From Lama guanicoe (lineage: Eukaryota), in assembly GCA_013239625.1 (NCBI GenBank), contig MU056000.1, forward strand, positions 13,343,175 through 13,407,174: a DNA stretch of 64,000 nucleotides, written 5' to 3'. Shown one piece after another: positions 1 through 11,859 of the stretch; positions within the stretch are counted from its first letter, which is position 1, and every line of letters begins with the position of its first letter. The position numbers and the translations under genes are program-made. The notes beneath the pieces are model-generated. The model made no database searches and was not told the DNA's origin. It saw only the letters and a list, made by a program, of their open reading frames with translations.

Positions 1-119
1 TAACCTAGGATAAAAGAAAATATGAAAACAAATCAATGTATGGTGTGTATGACTGAAACATGCTGTACACCAGAAATTGACACATTGTAAACTGACTGTA
101 CCTCAATAAAAAAAAAAAA
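1..119 (+). mobile_element. LINE-1 3' end with poly(A), young cetartiodactyl/camelid type (cut by window start)
   Basis: tgactgaaacatgctgtacaccagaaattgacacattgtaaactgactgtacctcAATAAA followed by an A run; same 3' terminus as the copies ending at ~58280 and ~61885. Confidence 0.9.
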
Positions 120-194
120 GGTACAAAGAAGCTCCACCCTTCTATTGACATAAGTGAGACTATTTGAATTTACCTCAACTTTTGTTTGTTTCAC

Positions 195-420
195 ACCATG
201 TGTCAAACCCAAAAGGGAATCCAATTAGCTTTACCTACAAAATACACCCACAATGTAACTGGCTCTTTTCACCATTACTGTTTCTCACCTGTCAACAGCC
301 TGATGCATCAGTTTCCCTGCTTCTAACTTTGCCATCTTCAAGTTCAATCCAGAAGCCATGACCATCCTTGTCAAACATAATTGAGCATATATGATTCTTC
401 AGCTCTGTACTTTTTCACCT
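195..420 (+). mobile_element. L2 LINE fragment (ancient)
   Basis: Resembles recalled L2 3' consensus (ctttacctacaaaata..., gtttccctgcttcta..., gaagccatgaccatccttgtcaaacataa); highly diverged. Confidence 0.55.
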
Positions 421-1134
421 CCCTCGGAAAACACGTGCCCTATTATTTTTGGCCCAATAGCACAATATTTAGAGGTAAAAGTTTATGTTTTATTTCGTAT
501 ACACAAATGTTTTAGGCATTTCAACATCTCTTCCCTTCAAATATTTATCACTGGTCAGCACAAACCTCAGATCACTACAGCATCTTCAGCAACCAGAAAC
601 AAATTCAATATAGTATCATTTTGGAATAAGGAAAGGCTTTTGATGAATTCTGCCATTTTCAGAAAATCTATCTGGAATCTTATTCTCACAGTAAGGGAAC
701 TTCTTCATTTTCCCTTCAGGTGATCACTCTGATCCCACTCATCCTTGCAGAAAAACTCCCTTCAGGGAAGAAATAAGTAGTGAGATATACAAAGCCTTGT
801 GATTCTACATTCCCCTATTTAATTTTTTGGCATCCGCAAGCAAAAACAAGGACACTTTCATAAATGTATGTTTCATAAATAATTTAGGAGAAGAAGGAAC
901 ACCTTTTTAGACACTTCTGTTAAGTTACCAGGAAATGTCTTTCAATACTATTTCTTACAATTCATATGCAAAGACTAAGAACACCTAATCCTTTTAAAAT
1001 ATGTGTATTTCCAATAATTTCATAGGGGCACACAAAAAAGTGGTTACAATGTGGGGGTGTAATTGAAACAACCCAAACAATAGAGCCAAGTAAAGGATAT
1101 AATGCCCTGCCCCTATAAAGATATTAAACAGTTG

Positions 1135-1262
1135 ATATGTGAATGATACTGTTCTATATGTTTATATGTATTATCTCATTTAACTTCAGCAAGAATTATT
1201 AGAGCTAACAATTAGACTCAATTGTGCTGATTCTGAAAACAATGATCTTAACCATTATGTAA
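1135..1262 (-). mobile_element. MIR SINE fragment
   Basis: tgtttatatgtattatctcattttaacttca...ctgattctgaaaacaatgatcttaaccattatg resembles reverse-strand MIR with an internal deletion. Confidence 0.5.
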
Positions 1263-3039
1263 CCATTCTAAAAAGCTATTGATTTCAATAACAGCTTTAG
1301 TTTTTTGAGCAAGATGCTAATAACTGTGCCCCTTGGTTTCCTCCTCTGTCCTAGGTTTATGATCATTGTATCTGTAGAATTGCCTGAGGATTAGATAAGT
1401 GAATAGATGGAATATCTTAGTATTTACAGATTGAGAATGTAAAACATATAAATATTGAGAAAAAGGAAGTAAAAAAGAAAAAGATTTTTTTTTAGGTTCC
1501 TTAAACATTAGATATCATTAAAATTTAACATATGTATGCATATATTTATAAGGAAGGAGGGTGCGTGGGTATTAAGGTATAAATTAAGTGCTTCTAATTA
1601 GAATTGTTAGAAAGGGTTTTCCTTAATCAGAGAATTGCAATACATTTTAATTTGTGAGCAGGCATGACCTCATTTAGGAACACTTGTCAAGAAATTTGTT
1701 TTCAGTCATTATAATGGAAATTTAAAAAAAAGAAAAAAAAGAAAAGAATAATCACTTAACTTCAGCAAGTAGTTTTAAATATATTTCATTTTATTATCAA
1801 CCTTTAAATATATTTTTTGAAAGAGTACATCTCTGATTAACATAAAATCAAGAAGACATTTGATAATTAGCATTCTATTAACAGGGTTTTTTTTTTCTTT
1901 TTTCTTTTTTCTTTTCTTCAGGTCAGGCTCTTGCAAGCTCTGGCAAATTAGTGTTTATTCAAGATTTAATGCCATTGTCAATTCAGATTCTTTAGCTAGA
2001 AAAGGCAAATGTGATTTCATTAACCTGAAAACCTTAATAACTAATTAAAATCTCAGCCTTCTGGCCAAGTTCTGAGACATTTATTCTATTTAACTCAGCA
2101 ACCAAATATTGTTTAGTCACTTTCTTCCGAGAAAGGTGGCGGTAATTTATTGGCACTATAAGAGTGTTTTATAATCTGAAACCTAATCAGCCTTAACAAA
2201 AGATTTTGTACTTGGCATGGCTCAAACATTTTGCTCAATGACTTACTAAGAAATATCACATTCTATTGCATTTCTGCCCTAATTTACTGCAATGATTTTG
2301 TATGTCATATATTTATTCAGTTCATATGTTTCAGACTGAAAAAATGTAAAATAAAAAAGCATTAGTATTATAACATGAATCTCTAAAATTTACTCATATA
2401 TATTAGATTATAAAACTAAATAGGTTGTAGATTATCACTATTTCTAAATTGAATTGGATTAACAGATATATGAACTGAAATCTTTTTATTGTATAATTAC
2501 TTATTCTTAATAGACACATGAATTGAGCCTGTGACTAAGAGCATGAGGCTATATAAAAGACATAGATCAGGTGTACAATATCATTTTCCTAAATTTCGAT
2601 TTGGCACACTGTCAGTAGAAAGAATGAAATTGGTGGGATGGCTACTGGATTTCGGAAATATATCATACATGTGATAACATTAAAGTACTTAAATCATCAC
2701 TCACTATGTCTAACTATATTTTTTACACTTTCCAGCAGTATTTGTAAAATTAATAGAACCTTCTTAGGAAATCTTCTTAGAATACACAATAAATTGGTAT
2801 TCTCCTACTTTAGTTCATCTACTCTTTCAAAATAATTATTTGTCAACCATGACAATCAGGAGGAGAGAGAGTTTATGAAAGGAAGTTTAGATATGCATAT
2901 GTTGTGCCTCTGAGAGACCCAGTAAGTTATGAAAGATCTCGTATATAATCATGATTGTCATACAATGTCATTTCAGTGATGTGAAGGGGTCAAAACCAGT
3001 TGGAATAAAATAGCATTGGTTGACAAATCAGTTGGTTCA

Positions 3040-4700
3040 TTAATTCAGTTTATAGGTAAGATGGCTCCTATGAGTCTCTTATTCATAAACTCACATTAGA
3101 CTACTTTTTCAGGCAATTTTCTTGGTAGGGCATAAACAGTGATGAGCAAAGGTAGATCCAGAGAGCTTAGAGTCCCACATGGAAGACTGCCATTAACCCA
3201 GAATTTCCCTCAAACAATTTCAGACAATAATTGTGGTGAGAGATGGCTACAGTGATAAATTTATAATAGAGCTGTTGTTTTGCCTGATTCAGTTAAGTTT
3301 CCTCTGAAGAACTGGATACTTTAAGAAAGATTTTAGGACTCACATTGGGCATACCTGGTGAGATTTTAAATATTTCGAAAAACTGAAAGCAAGTTCAAGG
3401 ATGATTCCTGGGTTGTTGGTTTTGAAAGCAAGATGGATGTCAGCATCAACTGCTGGAAATAATAAATATCAGAAATTGACCACATCTGTGGGAGGCTATA
3501 TGTTTATTTTTGGATATGTGTTATATAAATATATGTGATACATATGTATAAAATATTTTGATATAAACAAAAATGTGGTAAACTGCAGAAATATGTAGAT
3601 ATGAACTTCAGTAGGTATCTGGCTTCAGGAATCATTGGAGATTAATCTGTATGTAAGTGATAATTGAATCTTTGAGTGTAGAGAAGTTCCTTTGGGACAA
3701 AAAAATAACTTGAGAAGACACTAGGTCATACAGCAAGTATTGAAAAACTTCAATGGGGGAAAGATAAAGTATGAAAAGATAATAGAAAAGAAACAGAAAT
3801 CATTTGAAATACAAAAGTGAAGGGAAGAAAAAGTTCAAAGAAAGAGAGTGTACTTATCATTGTTAAATGCTAATGAGAGGCTCAGTACAAAGAACTAATA
3901 TTTTTTGTTGTTGAAGATAATGTATGATACAGTTTTGATGGAGTGACATTAGGGAAGAGTCATTTCAGCAAAATAAAAATGAACTCAAGGCTAGTTTGGA
4001 GTATAAGGAATGAGAAATAAGACAACCCAGTGGGATTGAAAACTCTTTTGAGAACTTTAGTGATACATAGGTAGGAAATATAACTTAGTACTATACAGAG
4101 CAATATCTTAGAAAGGAAAATAGGGCCCCAGGAATTGCTTTCATTTTAATGGACAAGACCTTGTTTTTTTTTAATTTGAGGGAAATTATTACACTAAATA
4201 AGAAAAGTTTGAACTGACAGAATGAAAAAAAAGGTATATTTGATAATGTACATTTCTTATACTTTGAATAATTTGAACTTCAATGAACAGATAAAATAAT
4301 TTGTTTTTAAAGAATAGGAGATACTGGTGTTCTAGTGTAACAAGGCTGAGAGTTTAAGAAACTGGTTTTAAATTTAGTGTTTGAAATATGAAGCCACTGT
4401 AATATTAAATTACTGGGTTTCTCTAAAATATTTCTTGAGAGTGAGTATGTATTTGATGGTGGCAATGGAAAGGAAGAATTTTGATACTATTTCAGAAAAG
4501 TGGAATATAATTAATATTGTTATTGAAGGGACTGGGAGAGAAAATAGATCAAAGAGACATTTTGGAATTGTTGGAGACTTCTGTGAATGATATTTTTTAG
4601 ACTGGTGATCAATCATGGCAATCAAATGAAATATTTAATATAATACCATGGAGTCAGAAGCACCAAGAGGTAATGATGCACTATAAAGGATATAGAAAGT
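3040..4700 (-). mobile_element. L2 LINE remnants (several diverged pieces)
   Basis: Purine-rich antisense L2 motifs, e.g. tcaaggatgattcctgggttgttggttt...agatggatg, tttttggatatgtg, gttaaatgctaatgagaggctcagta; boundaries approximate. Confidence 0.6.
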
Positions 4701-5378
4701 AGTGGATTCAAGGACAAAGATGAGATGATTTTTTTTTAATTTTAGGATTGTAATTGTTTAGAACTCAGAACTTATTTTCTAATATAAAAGTTTTATGTTA
4801 TATAACAATACACACCTACAAGTAAACTGATTTTTAATCAACATGAATGTATAACAGTATTTTGTTGTGTCTAATGATGCATCTATGTTTATATTTCCTT
4901 GAATTGAAAAATGTCCCTTTGGTTTTTCTCTAGAGTTGATATCTGCCTGATATTTTTATTTTAGTATTCAGACATATATATGGTTACTCTTTCCATCTCT
5001 CTAGTACATCTACACTAGACTAGTGAAGCTCTACTAAACCCTATCTTCTAAATGACTAAGTATAATTTTATATTTCCTCATGAGGTAGCCCTCTGGCAGC
5101 CTCTCCTCACCTTAATCCAATCAGAACTCTACTTTCAGTGACCTTTGATATATTTGATAATACTTGACTTTGAATTGCCCCCTCTTTCACTGGATCCCTA
5201 TTCATGTATCCATGTCTTCTTTTTTGCTTATTCTCTTATATTGATGAGTAAGTCTGAATAATTTCATCAGAAAAAATACATATAAGAAAAAAATTTTACA
5301 TCTATCATCTGAAGCTATGAACAGGATATCCAGTTGATTCAAGAGCTTTGTTTAAAGTGTTCAAAAAAAATTTATTTG

Positions 5379-5410
<32 letters not shown>
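5379..5410. repeat. (GT)n microsatellite
   Basis: gtgcgtgtgt...gtgt read directly. Confidence 0.95.
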
Positions 5411-5419
5411 TAACCATGT

Positions 5420-5690
5420 AGTTGTAGTTATTTTCCTGGACTCTTTGATTTGTTCCATTGATCTATTTATGGATCCTTCCTCAAACTTTCACACTGTCTT
5501 CATAATGTCTTAAAACATATATTGTAAATCTTTCATATGTGTACTTCCTTTAAAAGATTGTTTTGCTGTTTTCAGTCCCTTAAATTTCCATTTATATTTT
5601 AGAATCAATTTGTCATTTATGCAAGAAAAGGTCAGAATTATGATTGGAATTGCATTGTCTATAGACCAATTTAGGGAACTTTGAGAATAT
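5420..5690 (-). mobile_element. Old L1M ORF2 fragment
   Basis: tgttccattgatctattt..., atttccatttatattttagaatcaatttgtca..., gattggaattgcattg are typical antisense L1 ORF2. Confidence 0.7.
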
Positions 5691-5869
5691 GTGTTTATAT
5701 ATTCTCAGGTCAAAACTTAATCAAGGAATGTCCAATACTGCTGAGGTGGATATCAAAATTTTTATAGAAATACTATGAAAATGTCTCTCATTTTTATCCT
5801 TTTTAAACTATAATTTTATAGTAGTTAGATATGCATTTTCTTTTATAGTAGGTTGAGTGTGAATGGGGC

Positions 5870-6053
5870 AGATAATTTGTCTTTTTCATTTCACAGATTT
5901 AAAATTGGAGAAGAGTGTACTCAAGAAAGTGCACCGGAGGATCCTCACCCGATCTGACTCCCAATGATTCATGTCCCTCTCATTTGCAAAATGTGCTCAT
6001 TCCCTCCCAAGTTCCTGAAGAATGTTGCCCAATTACAGCATCAGTTCAAAGCC
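5870..6053. mobile_element. MaLR (MLT1) internal-region fragment, second half apparently inverted
   Basis: 5870-5958 resembles sense MLT-int (tgtactcaagaaagtgcaccggaggatcctcaccc); 5959-6053 resembles the reverse complement of the segment that follows it in the recalled consensus. Confidence 0.5.
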
Positions 6054-7464
6054 TCACAGTTTTATGAGTCCCTTTGGATTTTGTCAAAGGAATTCAATTT
6101 GAAAATTAGATATAATTCCTCATAAAAACGTTGTTGAATAAAAAACTGTAACTCTTAGAAAGAGTACATGACCAGTGGAAGGGCTTGTTTTTACCTTATT
6201 TAAGTCAATCTCTGTATCAGCTGATGATGTTATAGTTGCCACCCTTCCCCAATTTGAAGACATATATTGAAAGAACTTTTTGTTTATATTTTCCTTATTA
6301 AAATGAATATTCTGTATGTACATTTTTCTATTTTATAATATCCACCTATATTTTGGGCAATTTTTATGAAGATTACACTTTTTGTTCTCTATTATGGCAT
6401 TCAAATATTTAAATGATATTTTCTTACTGATGTGAATAGGAATTAGGCATGGAAATAAATAGCTTAAATAAATGTTATTAAAATTGTTTTTTACACATAC
6501 ATTATGAAACTAAAGTGAAGAGACTCATAATATTAATTGTTGTTATTGCCAAATAGTGGAAATAAGTTTTTCTCTATGTACTTTAATTTCACATAAAAAT
6601 AATAATCTGTTTTTAACATTTATTGCAATGAAATAATCATTAAAACTATAGGTTAGTGCATAAATGGAAATAATAATTCCTATGGGCTTAAAAGAAACAT
6701 AGTATAGCTTCATAGAATATTTACGAAATTGGAGTTGGAAAGCAAATACATTAATGCATGAACAATATAAAGATATATTAACATATTGGGATAAACTTTG
6801 ATTTATTTATTTTAAAATAATTGGACTTACTGGTTCTTAAAATAAAATGCAAATTAAAATATATGTTTGATATTGAGACATTTTTCTTTTCACTATTAAA
6901 TTTATATTGAGAAAATTGACCTTGTTTATTTCAGTGGAACAATACTGGGCTTTCAAATATCCATTCTGAAGAAACTAAAAATAAGAAATTTATTTGGCTA
7001 CTAATTTGCCTAAAGATAAATTCCTGATACCGTTTTTATTATAAAAACTAACCTATTTTGTATTTATCTTTAGTGTTCCAAAAACAATTTCAAAATTAAG
7101 TTTGTATTTTTCTGCTCCAGGCTTGTGAAAAGTAATGAAAGCGCTACTGCTTTTATGAGGAAAAGATTTAAGAGTTAAGAAGCTGCAGGCCAATTAAAAT
7201 GCTTCATTTAAATATTTTGAAGACTTTCAGTTAAGATGGCGCAAACCCTACGTGGAGTACTCTTTAGAACTTACCATTTGTTCAGAATAAAGTGGGGAAA
7301 AATCAACTCAAAGGAAAAACTTTAATGGAAAAAAGAAACTGTCCTCCCTAAGGCTTAACAGAGCTTATATAATTCATTCTGCAGGCTTTCGTAGAGGAAA
7401 TTCCTTTCAAAATGAAAGGGAGCTCCATGTCGTTTTTTGGATACTACACTTAAGACTAAAGGAG

Positions 7465-7956
7465 TGTGAACGAAAAATAAGGCAAACCATATCAGTAAAC
7501 AAAGAATGCTGAAGCCTTCAAGTCATCAGCGGCTGCTGCCACCCCCCAGGGAAGACAAGCCTGCAGCCCGGCCTCTGCAGCCACTCACAATGGTGCACCC
7601 GGAGGGGACTCAGAATAAGAAAGGACAGGACACTGGCCCTAGATAGCGAGGTGCTTGTCAAAGGAATGAATTCAATGAGCCTAAATGTTTGCCTCCTCCC
7701 ATACATAGAAAAGCACCAGATTCTTTAACTTGAGATGCCTGGTTTTCTTTAGACAACAAGGAATCTTTTATTGTTCCAACTACCTGGTCTTTGTTGTAAA
7801 GCTCCTGTATGTCCTAGCTCCTCCCCTGCCTCTTCGGAGTCGTCCCTCAGAGCGATCTGAGAGGCTGTCATCGCGGGCTGAAAGGGGTTCTCAGAAATGT
7901 GCGTCAAATAAAACAGAACTCTCACCTTTCAGGCTGTGCATTTATTTCAGTCAACA
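7465..7956 (+). mobile_element. Solo ERV LTR (ERV1-like)
   Basis: TG...CA ends with imperfect terminal inverted repeat (TGTGAACGAAAAATAA / TTATTTCAGTCAACA); AATAAA at 7907-7912; 4-bp flanks GGAG/AGAG; higher GC and retained CpGs. Confidence 0.85.
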
Positions 7957-8194
7957 AGAGCAATCTAAAAACGCTGAACACAAAAGAGAACCTAATACAC
8001 TATATTCTCAACTTTAACACACAGAGCCATATACGGTCTTAATTTGGCTCCCTATTGTTTTTTATATTGTACTTTCCCCCCATATCTCTATCCTATGACT
8101 CAATCATCCCAAAACAGATTTTGTTCTCAGTATATTCCCTGTTCTTTCTACCATGTCTTTGAAAATGAAGAGTAAGTTTGTTTCTACATTTTCC

Positions 8195-8390
8195 CCAGTG
8201 AAGTTCCAAACATGCCATATGGCTCACATGGACGTAGAGTCCATGAATGGGCACAGGATGGATCTCCCATGAATTTCTTAAAATTGTATACATAAGTTTT
8301 CACACGTACACATATATGGCTTTCTCAAAAAAAAGTCTTTAGCATCTTTAAGTTGTTATAGAGGCCCCAATACACAAAATTATCACTAAT
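8195..8390. mobile_element. hAT-Charlie-type non-autonomous DNA transposon remnant
   Basis: gagtccatgaatgggcacagg...catgaatttcttaaaattgtata resembles recalled MER103-like consensus; subfamily uncertain. Confidence 0.45.
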
Positions 8391-8569
8391 TTTTATTTAT
8401 GTATTCAGTTCCAATTTTTCTATAATATACATTAAGCACTTTTTGGATTACTACAAATATTTACTCTTCACCATATTATTTTCAGATCAAAACCATTACA
8501 TGATGCATGGAAATGTTTAATAATTATTTTTTGAATGTTTGAACAAATAAAAAGCCCAGGAATTGACTT

Positions 8570-8665
8570 GAGGGCTGAAGTATGAAGAGGTTAACTTACT
8601 TGCTCAAGGTTACTTAGCTAGTATGTGTCAGGAGAGAGAGGCGCCTCTCATCTGTCTGATAGCAT
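8570..8665 (-). mobile_element. MIR fragment
   Basis: gaggttaacttacttgctcaaggttacttagctagta is the MIR core in antisense. Confidence 0.65.
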
Positions 8666-8894
8666 CTCCAAGTGGGAATATTTAAACTTCCAAATTAGTA
8701 AAAGACACACTTGGAATTTCAAGATGTCTCCTGTGTTGCTTCCACAAAGAAATACTCTTCTGGCCTCCAACTCTTGGCCAGCCTGAATTAGCTGCTTCCT
8801 TTACCCTCTGCAAATCTTCATCATTATACGTAACATTACACACTGCAATTTGCAGTGACATGTTGGCAACTCACCTCTGCAAAGAGTTAAGTTC

Positions 8895-9016
8895 TCATGC
8901 TATAAATACTCCTACTCAAGCTGATTTGTAGCTACCAAAGTGATGTCATAGAGCTCAGAAAATTGAACATGGTTGGTTCATACATGCTGCTGTTGGCTGG
9001 CTTCAGCACATAAATG
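8895..9016. mobile_element. MER63-like hAT DNA transposon fragment
   Basis: aaatactcctactcaagctgatttgtagctaccaaagtgatgtca...ggcttcagcaca resembles the recalled MER63 end. Confidence 0.6.
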
Positions 9017-9199
9017 TGTGCTTCTTAATTTCCAACAATGAACTGGTATGACTTTGTTATCCAGTGGGTTAGTCCTTTATTTACTCCAAAGTAGATATGC
9101 CTTAATTGGATGAGAGTATGAAGCAGTACATTTCAATACATGTTTCTCAGATTTTAAGCAAGAAATGCTAGGAGAGTACGTAGGAACACTTAGCCTTTA

Positions 9200-9709
9200 A
9201 ATATGAGGATTCTTTGGAGCATGGGCTCAATAGGTACTGCTGTGAAGGGACTTGGAAGATAAAATGATGGAATTAAGGTTCCTTCTTTAATGACATTTAA
9301 AAAGAGAGATTATCCTGGATTATCTGGATGGGCCAAAGATAACACAGAGACATGTAAAAGCAGAACAGGAAAACAGAAGACTCAGAGAGCTAAAAAATGT
9401 GCGAAGGAATTGACCAGTCTTTGCTGTTCTTGAATATGAAGTAGCAAGGGATGCAGGTGGCATCTAGAAGTTAAGAATGATGCCCTTCCAATGGCCGGCA
9501 AGGAAACGGGAACCCAGTCCTACAACCCCATGAAACTGAACTCTGCTGACTACCTTAATCAGCTTAGAAGTGGATTCTCCCCCTGAGGCTCAGATAAGAG
9601 CCCAGCATGATTGATACCAGACTTCTGACCCATAGAACTGTGGGACATAAATGAATGTTTTTAATCACTAAATGTGCAGTAATTTGTTGCCATAGTAGAA
9701 ACTAATACA
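9200..9709 (+). mobile_element. MaLR LTR (MLT1D/E-like)
   Basis: gagattatcctggattatctggatgggcc, ggcaaggaaacgggaacccagtcctacaacc, terminal aaactaataca; 5' boundary approximate. Confidence 0.85.
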
Positions 9710-11859
9710 GTGAGTAGGGAGAAATAAAGTTTAATGAAACGCCTTTGAAAGGAGTTTAGATAAGTGGAAAAAAAATTTAAAAATATGATCCTGGAGTTTG
9801 GAAAGGCTGGCAACGCAAGGCTTCAGTGCAGGAGGTACACCAGCACATAAAACCAAATTTCCTCTTCTTCTGCAAGGTATCAATCACGAGTCATTACAGA
9901 TAAAGCTAAGAGTGAAGATGAATGTTCTGGCTCCTATAAAAATGAGCCTTTTGTTTTTACCAACTTAGCACATTGTACCTCTTCACCAACTCATTTTATT
10001 TCTTTAGGAAAAAAATATATTTCAGCTCTAATGTTAGTCTTCACTTGCAAATTAAACTTACCTTTCTACCAGGCTTGTTTCAGGAATGACTTAAGATTTC
10101 TGTTGAGTCCACCATTTATAGACTGTTACTAAACAAGCAAAGGAAAACATAACAAACAAAGCTATGTGCATAATCAGTAATCCTGAGGACAAATATCTTA
10201 AAATGTGGGATGGAGAAGGAGTATTTATCTTCTAGTCTGATGTTTTTAAAATGTTATGCTTAATTAGATTTTAAATTACTGATATGAGTCTTGCGCTTTG
10301 ATGCAGATAAATGTAGGTAAGAATTGTTTATGTAAAGGCCCACACATATTTCATACTTTTGAAAAATGAGGGAAGGACCTTGTATTGCTTAAAATATATC
10401 ACCTACCTGACAAGTGCAATTACTTTGTGGTGAAGAAAACTTTTATATTTCAATTAGGATTGTTAAAATGGAAATATAACCAAGAGAGATTGCACACTAA
10501 AATATAAATGAATTATTTTTCAAGAAATAAATTCTTGAAGCAGTTTGGAGACAGATTATCACAGAACCAGAATACTGGATATTTCTGCTAAATAATATTC
10601 AATCTCCTTGGAACGTTTACCCATAAATATATTTCAATTGATAGATTAACAAGATTAACTAGGATTTCTACATATGCTGGCTACTGAAGAGACTGAAAAA
10701 GAAGTATTAGATTTAGTTCCTATTCTCAATAATGTTACAATTTAATTAAAGAGAGATGACTAATGCACAGAAGATAATTAGCAAATAATGAAAAACACTA
10801 TGAATTTGGGTGATAAATGTGGAACCAACTTTTAGCTCCACTTTTTATCTTAAGCAATAATATGTACCCTCTGAAGCAAACAAAACAAAACAGAGCAAAG
10901 CAAAACAAAAAACAGCAAGTGTCCGAAAGGGAGAGTGCATGTGTAATTCTTACAATATTAAGTGAAATGGGTTCTTCTAGTAGCTTCTTCCTACTGTTTT
11001 TAAGAATCCAAGTCTCTTCCGTTAGAACCGGCATCACAGTGATTATTATTTTTCTTCTCCGTACCATCTTATTCTGAACGTTCATATGGATTTGCAGGCT
11101 TTTATTTGTGTAACATTTGATTCTGCCTGAGAAAAGAAAGATTTCATTACTGAAAAGAAACCATGTAATTATTCGGTTCTCAAACAAAGACTGTTCAACT
11201 GTGTTTCTGTATTTTCAACCAATTTATCAGTTTCCATTCAAAGAGAGAAGCCTTCATTAGTCACATACTATTAGAGCAAGTAGAATTACACTGTGGCTCT
11301 GGAAAGGAACCCAGACTTATCCTTCGTATTTGAGGAATGTAAAGCGGGCTCTGATGCTTATGATGATGAATTAAAGCTACAGGCAGTAGCTTTTCTTTTA
11401 ATTTTTGCTTCACAAAATGATGAATGGCTGATAGGCAACATAGCATTCCTTTTGATATGACAGGAATAAAACACCTGAAACAGTGGTTAAGTTAGAGTTC
11501 TAAACAACACTTTAAAAAGCTAATAGGTGCCATCCTTACTTCCTGGTTTTTCTCCTATCTAGCTGCTTTTTTGACTTACTCAAGCATTAGATCCATCAAG
11601 GGCAGGAGGAAGTCATACTCTTATGTTGGTCTGAATTCCTGGTTTACCATGAAATTTATAGATTATGAATTGGAGTCTCATTTAGTGTGCTCTCTAGGAA
11701 GACATCCTGCTGACCAGGGCAGGTGTGTTTTTGGCCCCATTGGCAGTTGTATTTCTTACTGAAACTCCCCTAACTAACTTCCTAGTATATAAGTCATTCT
11801 AACTTGAATTGAGTTTATGTAATATATTATTGCCAAGATTATTCAGTCTTAGGAATTGA

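Noticed and set aside
10798..11187. Overlapping 129-aa and 86-aa ORFs
   Set aside because: Partly built from a CAAAA-type simple repeat; no recognisable domain or splice structure
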